IMG/VR virus record: IMGVR_UViG_3300009184_000029
Location: 158,830-222,829 of that record
Length of the DNA: 64,000 nt
Strand: one strand, 5' to 3'
Part shown: positions 32,081 to 41,772 of the stretch, piece after piece
How positions within the stretch are numbered: position 1 is the first letter of the stretch
Layout: each line of letters opens with the position of its first letter
Made by a program: the position numbers and the translations under genes
The notes under the pieces: generated by a model
Databases searched by the model: none
The model's input: only the letters and a program-made list of their open reading frames with translations
Told to the model about the DNA's origin: nothing

Positions 32081-32923
32081 ATGTCATTTGTTTATAAAAA
32101 TCCACTAACCGCCATTGTAACACAAGGACCCCAAAGTGTTAAAAGAACACAAACTTTTGGTAATTCTTATAGTGTTAATAATATTGGTGGATACATGGAG
32201 GTGTATACTTTAAACGATTTAGTATACACTATCCCGTCAGGTACGACAGGTATTGTAGAATATTCGGGAAATACCATACCTGTTGATTTTTATAAAGGTA
32301 ATGGTAACCCATGGTCATATAATGTTTTAAGTTTAGGTTCTGATAATATTTCTTCGGGTAGAAGAAGACTTGGTATGTTAGTTTATGTTTATGAACAAGA
32401 CCAAGTTTATCAGTTTCATATTAGCGGTTACACTTCTTTATGGACAGCAGCGACTGCTAGTACTAACTGTGTTAATATTTCTGATTTTGGTACCACGATT
32501 AAAAATAATACTGTTGCAGGTCAAAATTTTATTAACGCTTGGACTGCTAGTACTATTGAGGATGTTAGTGGATACACAAGTGAAACTGCGGTTTGGAGAA
32601 AGTTTAGTACTGGGAATAGTAGTGGGGGAACGGGAATTACTGGGTCAGGTACCACAGGATATATTCCAAAATGGAATTCCAGCTCAAGTCTAACAAACAG
32701 TTTAATCCGAGATAATGGAACCACAGTATCCATAGGCTCCCCATCAAGTGTTGCCGCCATACTTGAGGTAGCCTCAACGTCACAAGGGGTTTTATTCCCT
32801 AGAATGACACAATCGCAAAGATTGGCAATTAGTTCACCAACCCCTGGTTTAATTGTTTATCAAACTGATAGTACTGACGGGTTATATATTTATAAAGTTG
32901 GAGGATGGATACAAATAATATAA
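32081..32923 (+). CDS. Fibre-like structural protein with Bacteroidota-type C-terminal motif
   Basis: RRLGMLVYV, GSGTTGYIPKW, LEVASTSQGVLFPRMTQSQRLAISSPTPGLIVYQTD. Confidence 0.65.
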   Translation: MSFVYKNPLTAIVTQGPQSVKRTQTFGNSYSVNNIGGYMEVYTLNDLVYTIPSGTTGIVEYSGNTIPVDFYKGNGNPWSYNVLSLGSDNISSGRRRLGMLVYVYEQDQVYQFHISGYTSLWTAATASTNCVNISDFGTTIKNNTVAGQNFINAWTASTIEDVSGYTSETAVWRKFSTGNSSGGTGITGSGTTGYIPKWNSSSSLTNSLIRDNGTTVSIGSPSSVAAILEVASTSQGVLFPRMTQSQRLAISSPTPGLIVYQTDSTDGLYIYKVGGWIQII

Positions 32924-32924
32924 T

Positions 32925-34352
32925 ATGGCAGGAATTTTAACTATAAATAATATAACAGGGATACCACCGTATCAGATATACGTTTGTGATATAAATGGTA
33001 ATAATTGTCAATTAACAACTTACGACCAAGACCCAGTTTATTTACCAATATTGGTCCAAATACCTGATGAGTTTTCAGGTATTGATAATATTTTTATAAA
33101 AATAATTGATGGTAATAATTGTGAGGAAAGACAAGTCTTTGTTTGTCCAACACATACTCCAACACCTTCAGTTACCCAAACCCCAAATGTTACACAAACG
33201 TTAACAAGAACACCAACACCTTCAGTTACTAATACTAATACGCCAACAGTTACCCAAACACCAACTAAAACATCAACTAATACACCCACCCCAACCAAAA
33301 CTCCGACACAAACTCCGACTAATACTCAGACACCTACAAATTCAAACACACCTACAAATACTCCAACCCCAACAGTTACGAAAACATCAACTAACACTCC
33401 CACTCCATCAATAACTGCTACGAGAACACCGACAAGGACAATGACTAAAACCCCATCACCAACTCCTTCGGGAATTGTCACCTGTCTTACGTTGAATAAT
33501 TATTATAATGGTTTTGATTGTTACTATGGTGTATATAATTCAGTTAATGATAAATTAATTCTATCTGAGACAAATAGTGGTTCCACTTACATCGTAAATG
33601 CATCAACTTTAACAATCGACTCAACTATATTAACTTTGGATTCATTCAAGATGTCTTATAACCCTAATACTAACGTAACTGCGGTAATTGAACAAACTAA
33701 TAATATGATTTATATTATTTCAGGTACAAGTACTGCGTCCACAATATCTATAATTGGACCAAGAGGGGTCGCTTTTAATACTACTGATAATAATTTACAT
33801 GTTGCGAAAGGAAATCAAGTTAATATCTATAACACATCATTTAGCTTAATTAATACATATTTTGCCGATAATCTTGAGTATGACCTAACCTATAATTCTA
33901 CCGATAATACAATGTATATCTGTAACTTTAATAGTAATAATGTATCTGTTTTTGATTGTTCTCTAAGTTCTGTAACGGCTACAATATCTGTTGGAACTAA
34001 TCCGTCAAGATTAACTTACTACCCTAACGGTAACAAAGTCTATGTAATTAATGATGGTGACGATACTATATCTGTGATTGATTGCGGGACTAATACCGTG
34101 ACCAGTACTATTACTTTTACATTAGGCCCATTTGAAGATTTAGTTGATTTGATTTGTATAAATTCTCTAAACAAAATAATTGTGACTGATGGGTCAGGGC
34201 AAAATCTTTATGAAGTTAATGCAACTACAGACACCATAATATGTTCAACATCCACATTCCCAAGTTCTGCGAGAGGTATTGTATACGACAGTCTAAGAGG
34301 ATATACTTATGTTTTAGATAATTCCATGGCAAGACTCAATCAATATATTTAA
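32925..34352 (+). CDS. Modular protein: adaptor, long Pro/Thr linker, YncE/YVTN-type beta-propeller
   Basis: TISVGTNPSRLTY...KVYVIN..DDTISVID..TNTV repeat signature. Confidence 0.75.
   Translation: MAGILTINNITGIPPYQIYVCDINGNNCQLTTYDQDPVYLPILVQIPDEFSGIDNIFIKIIDGNNCEERQVFVCPTHTPTPSVTQTPNVTQTLTRTPTPSVTNTNTPTVTQTPTKTSTNTPTPTKTPTQTPTNTQTPTNSNTPTNTPTPTVTKTSTNTPTPSITATRTPTRTMTKTPSPTPSGIVTCLTLNNYYNGFDCYYGVYNSVNDKLILSETNSGSTYIVNASTLTIDSTILTLDSFKMSYNPNTNVTAVIEQTNNMIYIISGTSTASTISIIGPRGVAFNTTDNNLHVAKGNQVNIYNTSFSLINTYFADNLEYDLTYNSTDNTMYICNFNSNNVSVFDCSLSSVTATISVGTNPSRLTYYPNGNKVYVINDGDDTISVIDCGTNTVTSTITFTLGPFEDLVDLICINSLNKIIVTDGSGQNLYEVNATTDTIICSTSTFPSSARGIVYDSLRGYTYVLDNSMARLNQYI
33148..33470 (+). repeat. 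Pro/Thr low-complexity coding repeat (~105 aa)
   Basis: TPTPSVTQTP.. / TPTNTPTPT.. tract. Confidence 0.9.
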
Positions 34353-34405
34353 TATTCAGAAATATATTTATTTTAATATATTTTCTTACAAAATGATTCC
34401 TCAAT

Positions 34406-34413
34406 TATTTATA
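34406..34413 (+). promoter_or_regulatory. Putative late promoter TATTTATA
   Basis: TATTTAT ends 5 nt before ATG 34418. Confidence 0.55.
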
Positions 34414-34417
34414 TAAT

Positions 34418-36439
34418 ATGACTTGGTATTTTAAGGATTGTAACTCAGATTATTATTATTCGTTTAGTAATCAGTCTTCATTTGAAGGTTCGTTAGTTGA
34501 AGGTAATGTTTATGCGATTACTACCACAGATTTGGTGGTAATATGTACAACTGCTCAAAATATAGATTCGATACCGACTTATTTAATTAACACTGAAACA
34601 ATCCAAGATATAATTTTAATTGACGGAGATTGTACCACGTGTAATAACATATATGGTTTAGGGGTTACACCAACTCCAACGCCAACAATGACAAATACTC
34701 CAGGAGGTAGTCCGACCCCGACAAAAACGGCAACTCCAAGTCCGACACCAACGTATACTCCAACACCAACAGTTTCTCAAACACCTACCCAAACTCCAAC
34801 GATTACTGCAACACCTACCAAAACACCTACGAATACCCCAACGACAAGTATTACTCCGACACATACTCCAACTCCAAGTATTACAAGTACTCCATTCCCA
34901 ACACAAACCTCTCCGGTATACCCTGTTGTGACAGGAAATACTGAAGTTCTTAGTATTCTAACAATATTACCATTAACTGTTACTTGTTACCCAATTTCAC
35001 CATCTTATTATGGTGGAAGTGATGGTTCAGTTACTTTAGGAATTAATGGAGGGACTCCACCATACAATATAAGATGGTCCACAGGTGCTCAAGGAGTACA
35101 ACTTACAAATTTATCAGCGGGTACATATAGTGCTCAAGTTAGTGATTATTATAGTGATTTTACAACTTCAATAACTTGTACTGTAGAACAAGTAACACCA
35201 ACTCCTACACAGACGTTAACTCCTACGATAACACCAACACCATCATCTTATATACCAAAGTTTTGTTTATCATTCTTCTACTATGGAGATTACTACTATA
35301 TAAATTTTGAATTCAATGGAACTACAACGTATCCTATGGATTTAAAATGGATTTCAACAACGACAAATCTAACTTCATCAAAAGTTAACATAACATTTAA
35401 TACGACTAATTCAGTTTGGTCGACATCATCGTTTTATCCCGATTTGATTCCTGCTAATAATTTTGACCAAATAGAAATTAAGTTCACTGCTGAAGGTGGT
35501 AATTCTTATACAACTCCAGTAAATCTTAATTGGGTTACTTTGGGTATTATTGTTGATGATTTGATAATTAATGACAATTACCCATATGGTAAAGTATGTG
35601 ATGATAGTTATGATATTAAAATAACTAAAGTTGAAACATTCCCATCATGTTCAAATACGAATAACGGTAAAATTACAATATATACAAATAATGTTGTTGG
35701 AACCTTAGAGTATTCTATTAATTCATTAGACGGACCTTGGCAATCAAGTAATCCAATATTTTTTAATGTTACACCTGGAACATATTCAGTTGCAGCTAGA
35801 TTAGTTTCAAACACTGATAGTTACGAGATATATGACGGAGTGGTTGTTTCAACAGTACAATCCCCAAGTCTACAGACAAATATAACGGGTAGAGATATAT
35901 TTGTTAGAGGTAAAGTAGGTATGTCGGGAATTGAAACAGTTAAGAATTACACATTCCAAATTAATAATCAAATATCTAATTCAACATTAAGTAGTGTAAA
36001 TATAACTTTCAGTATTAGTACAGTATTAAAGGTTAATACTGATGTTGATAGTTATAATCCATATTTAATGATATCTAAACCATCGGTACAATTAGGTGAA
36101 GGTACATTACTGAATCCTATCGATAATACTTGGTATCAAACAACTATAGAGTCTGGATGTGAAAGTTTTGATAATAAATTAACCTCTTATACTGAAACAA
36201 TACAAACATATAAATACAATACTGATGTTTCAGTCAGTGATATTATTAGTGGTTCATTTAATTTAACATGGTTACAACCTGTTATAGAAAATTATAGTTT
36301 TGAAAACTATAAATGTTTCATAAAGAATGAATGGGATTTTCAGGTCCAAATTTTAAATGTTAGTTACCCATCAACATGTAAACCTGATAATATAAATAAT
36401 TCACCACTAAGGTTTACTGGTAACTATTATACAGGATAA
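34418..36439 (+). CDS. Modular protein: Cys-rich N-module, Pro/Thr linkers, SprB repeats
   Basis: [22 protein letters not shown]...NLSAGTYS and PSC..NGKITI...LEYSI...PGTYSV repeats; two PT tracts. Confidence 0.75.
   Translation: MTWYFKDCNSDYYYSFSNQSSFEGSLVEGNVYAITTTDLVVICTTAQNIDSIPTYLINTETIQDIILIDGDCTTCNNIYGLGVTPTPTPTMTNTPGGSPTPTKTATPSPTPTYTPTPTVSQTPTQTPTITATPTKTPTNTPTTSITPTHTPTPSITSTPFPTQTSPVYPVVTGNTEVLSILTILPLTVTCYPISPSYYGGSDGSVTLGINGGTPPYNIRWSTGAQGVQLTNLSAGTYSAQVSDYYSDFTTSITCTVEQVTPTPTQTLTPTITPTPSSYIPKFCLSFFYYGDYYYINFEFNGTTTYPMDLKWISTTTNLTSSKVNITFNTTNSVWSTSSFYPDLIPANNFDQIEIKFTAEGGNSYTTPVNLNWVTLGIIVDDLIINDNYPYGKVCDDSYDIKITKVETFPSCSNTNNGKITIYTNNVVGTLEYSINSLDGPWQSSNPIFFNVTPGTYSVAARLVSNTDSYEIYDGVVVSTVQSPSLQTNITGRDIFVRGKVGMSGIETVKNYTFQINNQISNSTLSSVNITFSISTVLKVNTDVDSYNPYLMISKPSVQLGEGTLLNPIDNTWYQTTIESGCESFDNKLTSYTETIQTYKYNTDVSVSDIISGSFNLTWLQPVIENYSFENYKCFIKNEWDFQVQILNVSYPSTCKPDNINNSPLRFTGNYYTG
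34663..34915 (+). repeat. Pro/Thr low-complexity coding repeat
   Basis: [12 protein letters not shown]...TPFPTQTSP. Confidence 0.9.
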
Positions 36440-36454
36440 AAATCATATTAGAAA

Positions 36455-36462
36455 TAATTATA
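36455..36462 (+). promoter_or_regulatory. Putative late promoter variant TAATTATA
   Basis: TAATTAT ends 7 nt before ATG 36469. Confidence 0.4.
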
Positions 36463-36468
36463 TAAACA

Positions 36469-38718
36469 ATGGGATATATACAAAGAAACACCGAAGGATT
36501 ATTAGTTACTAGATTAACAGATACTGGTAGATTAAAATTATCACAAGGTAATTTCAATATTAGTTATTTCCAAGTAGGGGACAGTGAACTTAATTATACT
36601 GCAATAACTGAGTCTTCATATACTAATTTGGATGGTAAATCTATAAATTTTAGATTCAGTGGTTCAAGTGTATTAGAACCCCCATTTAATGCTCAAAATA
36701 CAACAGGTGGGTTACAATCAACAAAAAACGCTGTAAAATACCCAATGTACCTTAATGGTGAAGGGACTACTCAGTATGGTATTCCATTTATGGATTCAAT
36801 TAATGAATCAATTTATAACACTGCAACACCATTAGGATTCTTTTCAGCATGTACACAAGGTTATATGCCTTATATAACTTCTGCTTATACTCTTAATTCT
36901 AGAATGTATAGAAATACTTCAGCTTTTACACCAAGTAATCTTTTTACCGTGTCAGGCAATTTAAACTGTACTAATAGTGCTTCTGCAACTACAGGATTAG
37001 TTGGAAGTTACCTAAGGATATTTTATTCAAATCAAAGTGCTAGTTGTAATTGTGGGACAATACTATCTGTATTTCCATCAATGGTTTATTTAGTTAATAG
37101 TTATAACATTTCGACTTCTGCAGTTACTTTTGATAGAATCACACCTAACTTTAACATATTAGGTTCTGTACCGGGTCAGAGTAGATTATTTTATTATCCA
37201 TCGGGTATGACCGCATTGTATGATACTGTAACACCATCTCAATATTGGTATACTGCGGTAACAAGTTATGAATCTATTTGTACCCCTAATGATGGATACT
37301 CTAAAGTATGGAATATGAATATTCCTTGGACTGAAAATCCTGCAGGATTAAATGATACTGTTAATGAAGGATATGGTCAGTTTGGTTCTGTAAATTATAT
37401 AGGTACTAAAGAATATTTGGGATACATGAGTTCTTTAGGACAATCAGCAACAAGTGAAGTTTACTATGTTAACTCTTTAGGTGATGAAGTTGTTGTAAAA
37501 CCCGAAGACCAAAAAGCGATTGCGATTATACATTATACAAATAATAGTATTATAAATTATTATGGTGAAAAATTTGCGGTAGAACCTAATAGCACAATTT
37601 TAGATTCATCAGGTTACGCTTCTAATTTTAAAGTAATTATGCCAACATTGATGTGGCATAAAAATACCGGAGCAACACCATATGGTGAGACTTTTTATAT
37701 TAATCCTCCATCATTTATTGATGATACAGATGTTTTTAAAGTTAATTATTTAACATCTACTAAGAATTCTGATATGAATTATCCTGGAATTAGATATTTC
37801 GATTTATGGGATAATTATGGTCAGGCTAATGGTAAACCAAGTAGAGTTGGTAAAGTTTTTCCTGATGATAAGTTAGTTGTAATTGATGATGAAGAAATAG
37901 TTGCATCAATGTCATGGGCGTCTAATAGAAATTTCACATTACCTGCACCTAAAGTATCATTAACTCCACCAGATGTTTGTAACCAAAATAGTAATTCAGT
38001 TGGTATTTTGACTGGTACTGACCAAACAATGTGGGTTACATATAGATTTGATAGTGTATTATTCGATGGAATGCATTGTAATTATTATCAGTCAATACAA
38101 GGACCATCTACAGGTTGTTCAATATCAACTCAAAACGTTTCAGTACAATTTGGACCGGAATTTGCATTCATGAATACAGGTTCCACTACAGGATATAGTT
38201 TAAATACTTTTTATATTTTAGCACAAATTACGGACACTGGAGAAAGACCATCCCCAACAGGGTGGAAACAAATGAATTATAATTCAGATTTAGTAGATTA
38301 TGATGTGGTCGGAGCCGGCTCAAACAATTTCATAACAAAAACAGGTATGACTAATGTTAGTTTTGTCATTGACCCTACAAGCTATAATTTGGGTACCTCC
38401 TATGATTTAAGTACTGTATTAACCTTACCGACAAATGGTACTACTGATACGCAAGTTAATTTTGGTGATGAGTATTTCTTCTATGGTAGTATTGAAACTG
38501 ATATTCAAGCAACAATATATGAGATGAGATATAGAATAAATTTACCTAATAATTTATTTACAACTTCATCAAATCCTTCATGGACGGATACATATTCTCC
38601 GTATATGACTGAGATTGGTCTTTACGATTCCGAAAAAAATCTTATGATTTTATCAAAGTTTCAAACACCTGTTAAACGAGACGGCATTCAACAGGCGGTT
38701 GTTAAACTTGATTTCTAA
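36469..38718 (+). CDS. Baseplate/tail-fibre attachment protein (tail-collar-fibre-like termini with large insertion)
   Basis: N-terminal LTDTGRLKLSQGNFNISYFQVGDSE and C-terminal YMTEIGLYDSEKNLMILSK..PVK motifs. Confidence 0.6.
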   Translation: MGYIQRNTEGLLVTRLTDTGRLKLSQGNFNISYFQVGDSELNYTAITESSYTNLDGKSINFRFSGSSVLEPPFNAQNTTGGLQSTKNAVKYPMYLNGEGTTQYGIPFMDSINESIYNTATPLGFFSACTQGYMPYITSAYTLNSRMYRNTSAFTPSNLFTVSGNLNCTNSASATTGLVGSYLRIFYSNQSASCNCGTILSVFPSMVYLVNSYNISTSAVTFDRITPNFNILGSVPGQSRLFYYPSGMTALYDTVTPSQYWYTAVTSYESICTPNDGYSKVWNMNIPWTENPAGLNDTVNEGYGQFGSVNYIGTKEYLGYMSSLGQSATSEVYYVNSLGDEVVVKPEDQKAIAIIHYTNNSIINYYGEKFAVEPNSTILDSSGYASNFKVIMPTLMWHKNTGATPYGETFYINPPSFIDDTDVFKVNYLTSTKNSDMNYPGIRYFDLWDNYGQANGKPSRVGKVFPDDKLVVIDDEEIVASMSWASNRNFTLPAPKVSLTPPDVCNQNSNSVGILTGTDQTMWVTYRFDSVLFDGMHCNYYQSIQGPSTGCSISTQNVSVQFGPEFAFMNTGSTTGYSLNTFYILAQITDTGERPSPTGWKQMNYNSDLVDYDVVGAGSNNFITKTGMTNVSFVIDPTSYNLGTSYDLSTVLTLPTNGTTDTQVNFGDEYFFYGSIETDIQATIYEMRYRINLPNNLFTTSSNPSWTDTYSPYMTEIGLYDSEKNLMILSKFQTPVKRDGIQQAVVKLDF

Positions 38719-38730
38719 GTAATATCAATT

Positions 38731-39321
38731 ATGAAAAATTTAAAAAATACACCCAAGATATTGGGACTAGATGTTTCTACAAAAACAATTGGGTGGGCAT
38801 TATTTGACTTTAAAACTAAAGAATTATTGGAATTAACTCATATTTCTCCTGTTATAAAAAGTAAGTCTGACAATAAAATGGAGGAAATGATACTAAAGTC
38901 TGAAATTTTTAAAAAGAAATTAGACGAGTATAAAAATTTAGGTATTATTAAAGTAGTAATTGAGGAACCTTTATTAAATTCTAATAATGCTTACACCATC
39001 GGAACTCTTTTAAGATATAATACATTAATTACTAAACAAGTATATGATGTACTTGGAGTTGTTCCTGAGTTTGTGTCTACTTATAACTCAAGAAAATTAG
39101 CATTTCCTGAATTAGTTCAAAAAAATAATAAAGATAAATTTGTATTATTTGGTGGTTATCCTAAAGACTGTGATAAAAAACAAATTATTTGGGAATTAGT
39201 CTCTAAAAAAGAACCACAAATTACATGGTTATATACAAAGAATAATACTTTAAAGAAAGAAAACTTTGATATGACCGACGCTTATACCGTTGTTCTTAGT
39301 TATTTAAATTCTAACAATTAA
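38731..39321 (+). CDS. RuvC-like Holliday junction resolvase / RNase H-fold nuclease
   Basis: ILGLDVST..IGWA, VVIEEP, DMTDAY acidic tetrad. Confidence 0.8.
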   Translation: MKNLKNTPKILGLDVSTKTIGWALFDFKTKELLELTHISPVIKSKSDNKMEEMILKSEIFKKKLDEYKNLGIIKVVIEEPLLNSNNAYTIGTLLRYNTLITKQVYDVLGVVPEFVSTYNSRKLAFPELVQKNNKDKFVLFGGYPKDCDKKQIIWELVSKKEPQITWLYTKNNTLKKENFDMTDAYTVVLSYLNSNN

Positions 39322-41479
39322 TATCGTTAGTCACTCCACTAGCACTTCCTATTCTATTTGATGTAAATGTGAAATCTGATGGGTATGATGGATTCCATCC
39401 GGCAATCTGTTGTATATATGTCAGTTTAGGACCTGTAAAGGTACTACCATAGAAAGATTGGTTAATTTCTACACCAGGTACTGGTTCCTTTTGAACTATT
39501 GTTCTCTCACCTATTCCTAAATAAGGACATACTCTATAAACGTATGTGTATATTGACGCTGATGGTGTAGGTGTATTAGTTGGTGTTAAAGTAGGTGTTG
39601 TGGTAACAGTTTGAGTCGGTGTTTGACTAGGTACAGGAGTACAGAATCTACAATCAAATAAATTCCCACTATCAACACTATTTAAAGTGTTTAAAGGTGA
39701 ACTGAATACTTCCCCAATAAACGCTCCGCAAATTGATACGTTATCAACGGTTGCTTTAATTATTGCCCCTATTGGTAGAGTCCAAGCCACACTAACTAAA
39801 TAAACTTGACCTGTCGAACAATCTCTAAGTTGTTTTGTTAACTGACTTGTAAATGATTTTTGGAATATATTAAATGTTGTTTCACCTGTAACAAAACAAT
39901 TCTTAGCTGCGTTAGTTGGGGTTAATGTTGGTGTTTGAGAAGGTAGGGGAGGACTTATTGTCACACCTGATACTGAAACTGATTTACCATAACAAACTTG
40001 AGTTGGAGTTGGTGTAGTTGTCGGAGTTGTTGTTAATGTTGGGGTAAGTGTGGGAGTTGGTGTGATTAAACTTGAAATTGAAAAATCACAATTAAAAATA
40101 GAATCAAATGTGAATGTTGAACAATCGATATTAGGTGTTGGGGTAGGTGTTGCAGGTATGTTCGCAAAAAATGATGAACTGAAATCAGGACATAATCCAT
40201 AGTAAGGACTTGCTCCCGATATAACACAATCATATCCTGGTAAAGTACCTAAACACCATCCTGTATAACCTGTGTTATAATATATAAATGCGGGTGTCGT
40301 TGATGTATTAGAATAATAGATATTATATCCGTTATATGTCTTATATCTATAATATGTTCCATCATATTGTGAGTACCCACTAAAGTTAGTGTAAATATAA
40401 TATTGTGAAGTTGGGCAACCTGTAAGAGGGGTTACTGTTGGTGTTGGGGTTGGAGTTGATGTGTTTGAAGGTGATACAGTTGGAAATGCTGATAAAGTTG
40501 GTAGTGGTGTATGTGTAATACTTGGAGTTGGAGTATTACTTGCAGTCGGTGTATTGGTTACACCTGGTGTTTCAGTTATTGATGGTGTTGGTGTTTGAGT
40601 GGATGTAATTGTTGGTGTAGGACTTGGAGTTCTTGTTGGGGTATTTGATGGTGTGATTGAAATTGTTGGAGTTACAGTTGCGGTTTGTGTTGGGGTTGGA
40701 GTCACTGAAGTTATACAACCTGCATCAGTTAAACATGCGATATTTGGATTGTAGTATGTACTTGTGAAAGCTGATGAATTTGCGACAGAATTATATAAAG
40801 TGTTATCTTTATAATAACTAAATCTTACATAATCACTTAAATTTGTTAGGGAACTATTAACATTAACACATATTGTTGTGGACGTTATTGAGGTATAGGA
40901 TAATTTATTATACACCCCAGGACACGTGTAGTACTCTAAAGATAATCTGTTATTATTTACTGGTGAAGTATTACCTGACGCCGAATTAAGGTCTGATTGT
41001 CGAATTGTAAATTGAATACAATTACATAAAGATGTTGTTGATGGGGTTACGGTTGCGGTTGGTGTTTTAGTTTGAGTTGTGGTTGGAGTACTTGTTAATG
41101 TAATCGTAGGTGTCGGTGTTTGAGTTGCAGTATTAGTTGGGGTTGGTGTGTGAGTAGGAGTTGCCGAAGGAGTGTTAGTTGGAGTTGATGTTGGAGCAGC
41201 GGTTGAGGTTGGTGTAGGTGTTGGAACACTAGCACATGTGTATATTGTTGTACATTGTGTACAACTTGTGTAAGTTATACCATTACCTGACAAGTAGTTA
41301 TACACAGGTAATCCTGATGTAAAAGTAGTATATACTGCTAAACTACAGCCTGTGTAACTATCCGTCTGAATATAGTACGTTGTACCTGCGGAGAAAGAAT
41401 ACGTGGGTGAAAGGTATTGAAACTGAAATCGTGAACCATCACAACAACCCGAAAATCCTATCCAATTTAAACTTGCCAT
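39311..41479 (-). CDS. Modular Cys-rich protein with about six Pro/Thr linkers
   Basis: Small Cys-containing domains alternate with TPT tracts; coupled to 41479..41700. Confidence 0.75.
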   Translation of the reverse strand: MASLNWIGFSGCCDGSRFQFQYLSPTYSFSAGTTYYIQTDSYTGCSLAVYTTFTSGLPVYNYLSGNGITYTSCTQCTTIYTCASVPTPTPTSTAAPTSTPTNTPSATPTHTPTPTNTATQTPTPTITLTSTPTTTQTKTPTATVTPSTTSLCNCIQFTIRQSDLNSASGNTSPVNNNRLSLEYYTCPGVYNKLSYTSITSTTICVNVNSSLTNLSDYVRFSYYKDNTLYNSVANSSAFTSTYYNPNIACLTDAGCITSVTPTPTQTATVTPTISITPSNTPTRTPSPTPTITSTQTPTPSITETPGVTNTPTASNTPTPSITHTPLPTLSAFPTVSPSNTSTPTPTPTVTPLTGCPTSQYYIYTNFSGYSQYDGTYYRYKTYNGYNIYYSNTSTTPAFIYYNTGYTGWCLGTLPGYDCVISGASPYYGLCPDFSSSFFANIPATPTPTPNIDCSTFTFDSIFNCDFSISSLITPTPTLTPTLTTTPTTTPTPTQVCYGKSVSVSGVTISPPLPSQTPTLTPTNAAKNCFVTGETTFNIFQKSFTSQLTKQLRDCSTGQVYLVSVAWTLPIGAIIKATVDNVSICGAFIGEVFSSPLNTLNSVDSGNLFDCRFCTPVPSQTPTQTVTTTPTLTPTNTPTPSASIYTYVYRVCPYLGIGERTIVQKEPVPGVEINQSFYGSTFTGPKLTYIQQIAGWNPSYPSDFTFTSNRIGSASGVTNDINC

Positions 41480-41700
41480 TATACGTTAAAACAACTTATT
41501 AATGTACAAGTATCGTTATCAATTACTTTCAAACAATACTGTGTATTTTTATCATATGGAGGTGGTACAGTAAAATTATAAGGTAACTCACCTGATGTTA
41601 TTTGTGAAACGTAAATACAATTAGATTGATTTGAGTCACAAATGAAAATTTGGTAAGGAGTTGAACCTGTTATATTATTAACTGTTACTTGTACTGACAT
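41479..41700 (-). CDS. Stand-alone copy of the 73-aa SprB-like adaptor module
   Basis: VNNITGSTPYQIFICD...C...LKVIDNDTC aligns with the N-termini of 31091 and 32925. Confidence 0.75.
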   Translation of the reverse strand: MSVQVTVNNITGSTPYQIFICDSNQSNCIYVSQITSGELPYNFTVPPPYDKNTQYCLKVIDNDTCTLISCFNV

Positions 41701-41704
41701 ATTT

Positions 41705-41712
41705 TATAAATA
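41705..41712 (-). promoter_or_regulatory. Putative late promoter TATTTATA (minus strand)
   Basis: Plus strand TATAAATA at 41705-41712; TATTTAT core ends 5 nt before ATG 41700. Confidence 0.55.
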
Positions 41713-41742
41713 AATATAGAAAATGGTAAAACTTTGTGAAGT

Positions 41743-41772
41743 TTGACAAACCTAAGTTTTTAATTATATTTT
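41743..41772 (+). promoter_or_regulatory. Putative early/middle promoter TTGACA-N16-TATATT(TT)
   Basis: Directly upstream of the primase gene. Confidence 0.55.

Noticed and set aside
34355-34390. AT-only imperfect palindrome in an intergenic gap
   Set aside because: Too weak to call a terminator or operator given the base composition.
31183-34906. Minus-strand ORFs with VGVGV or CRW repeats (31183, 33038, 34658; likewise 2909)
   Set aside because: Antisense shadows of Pro/Thr or Pro/Ala codon repeats in long plus-strand genes; no independent start signals.
38731-39321. RuvC protein as a TnpB/Cas12-like effector
   Set aside because: Only 196 aa, no zinc finger or REC/WED region, no adjacent non-coding RNA space or array; fits a resolvase.
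31310-41225. Pro/Thr tracts as CRISPR arrays or DNA tandem repeats
   Set aside because: No invariant repeat with unique spacers; third codon positions vary freely, so the repetition is at protein level.
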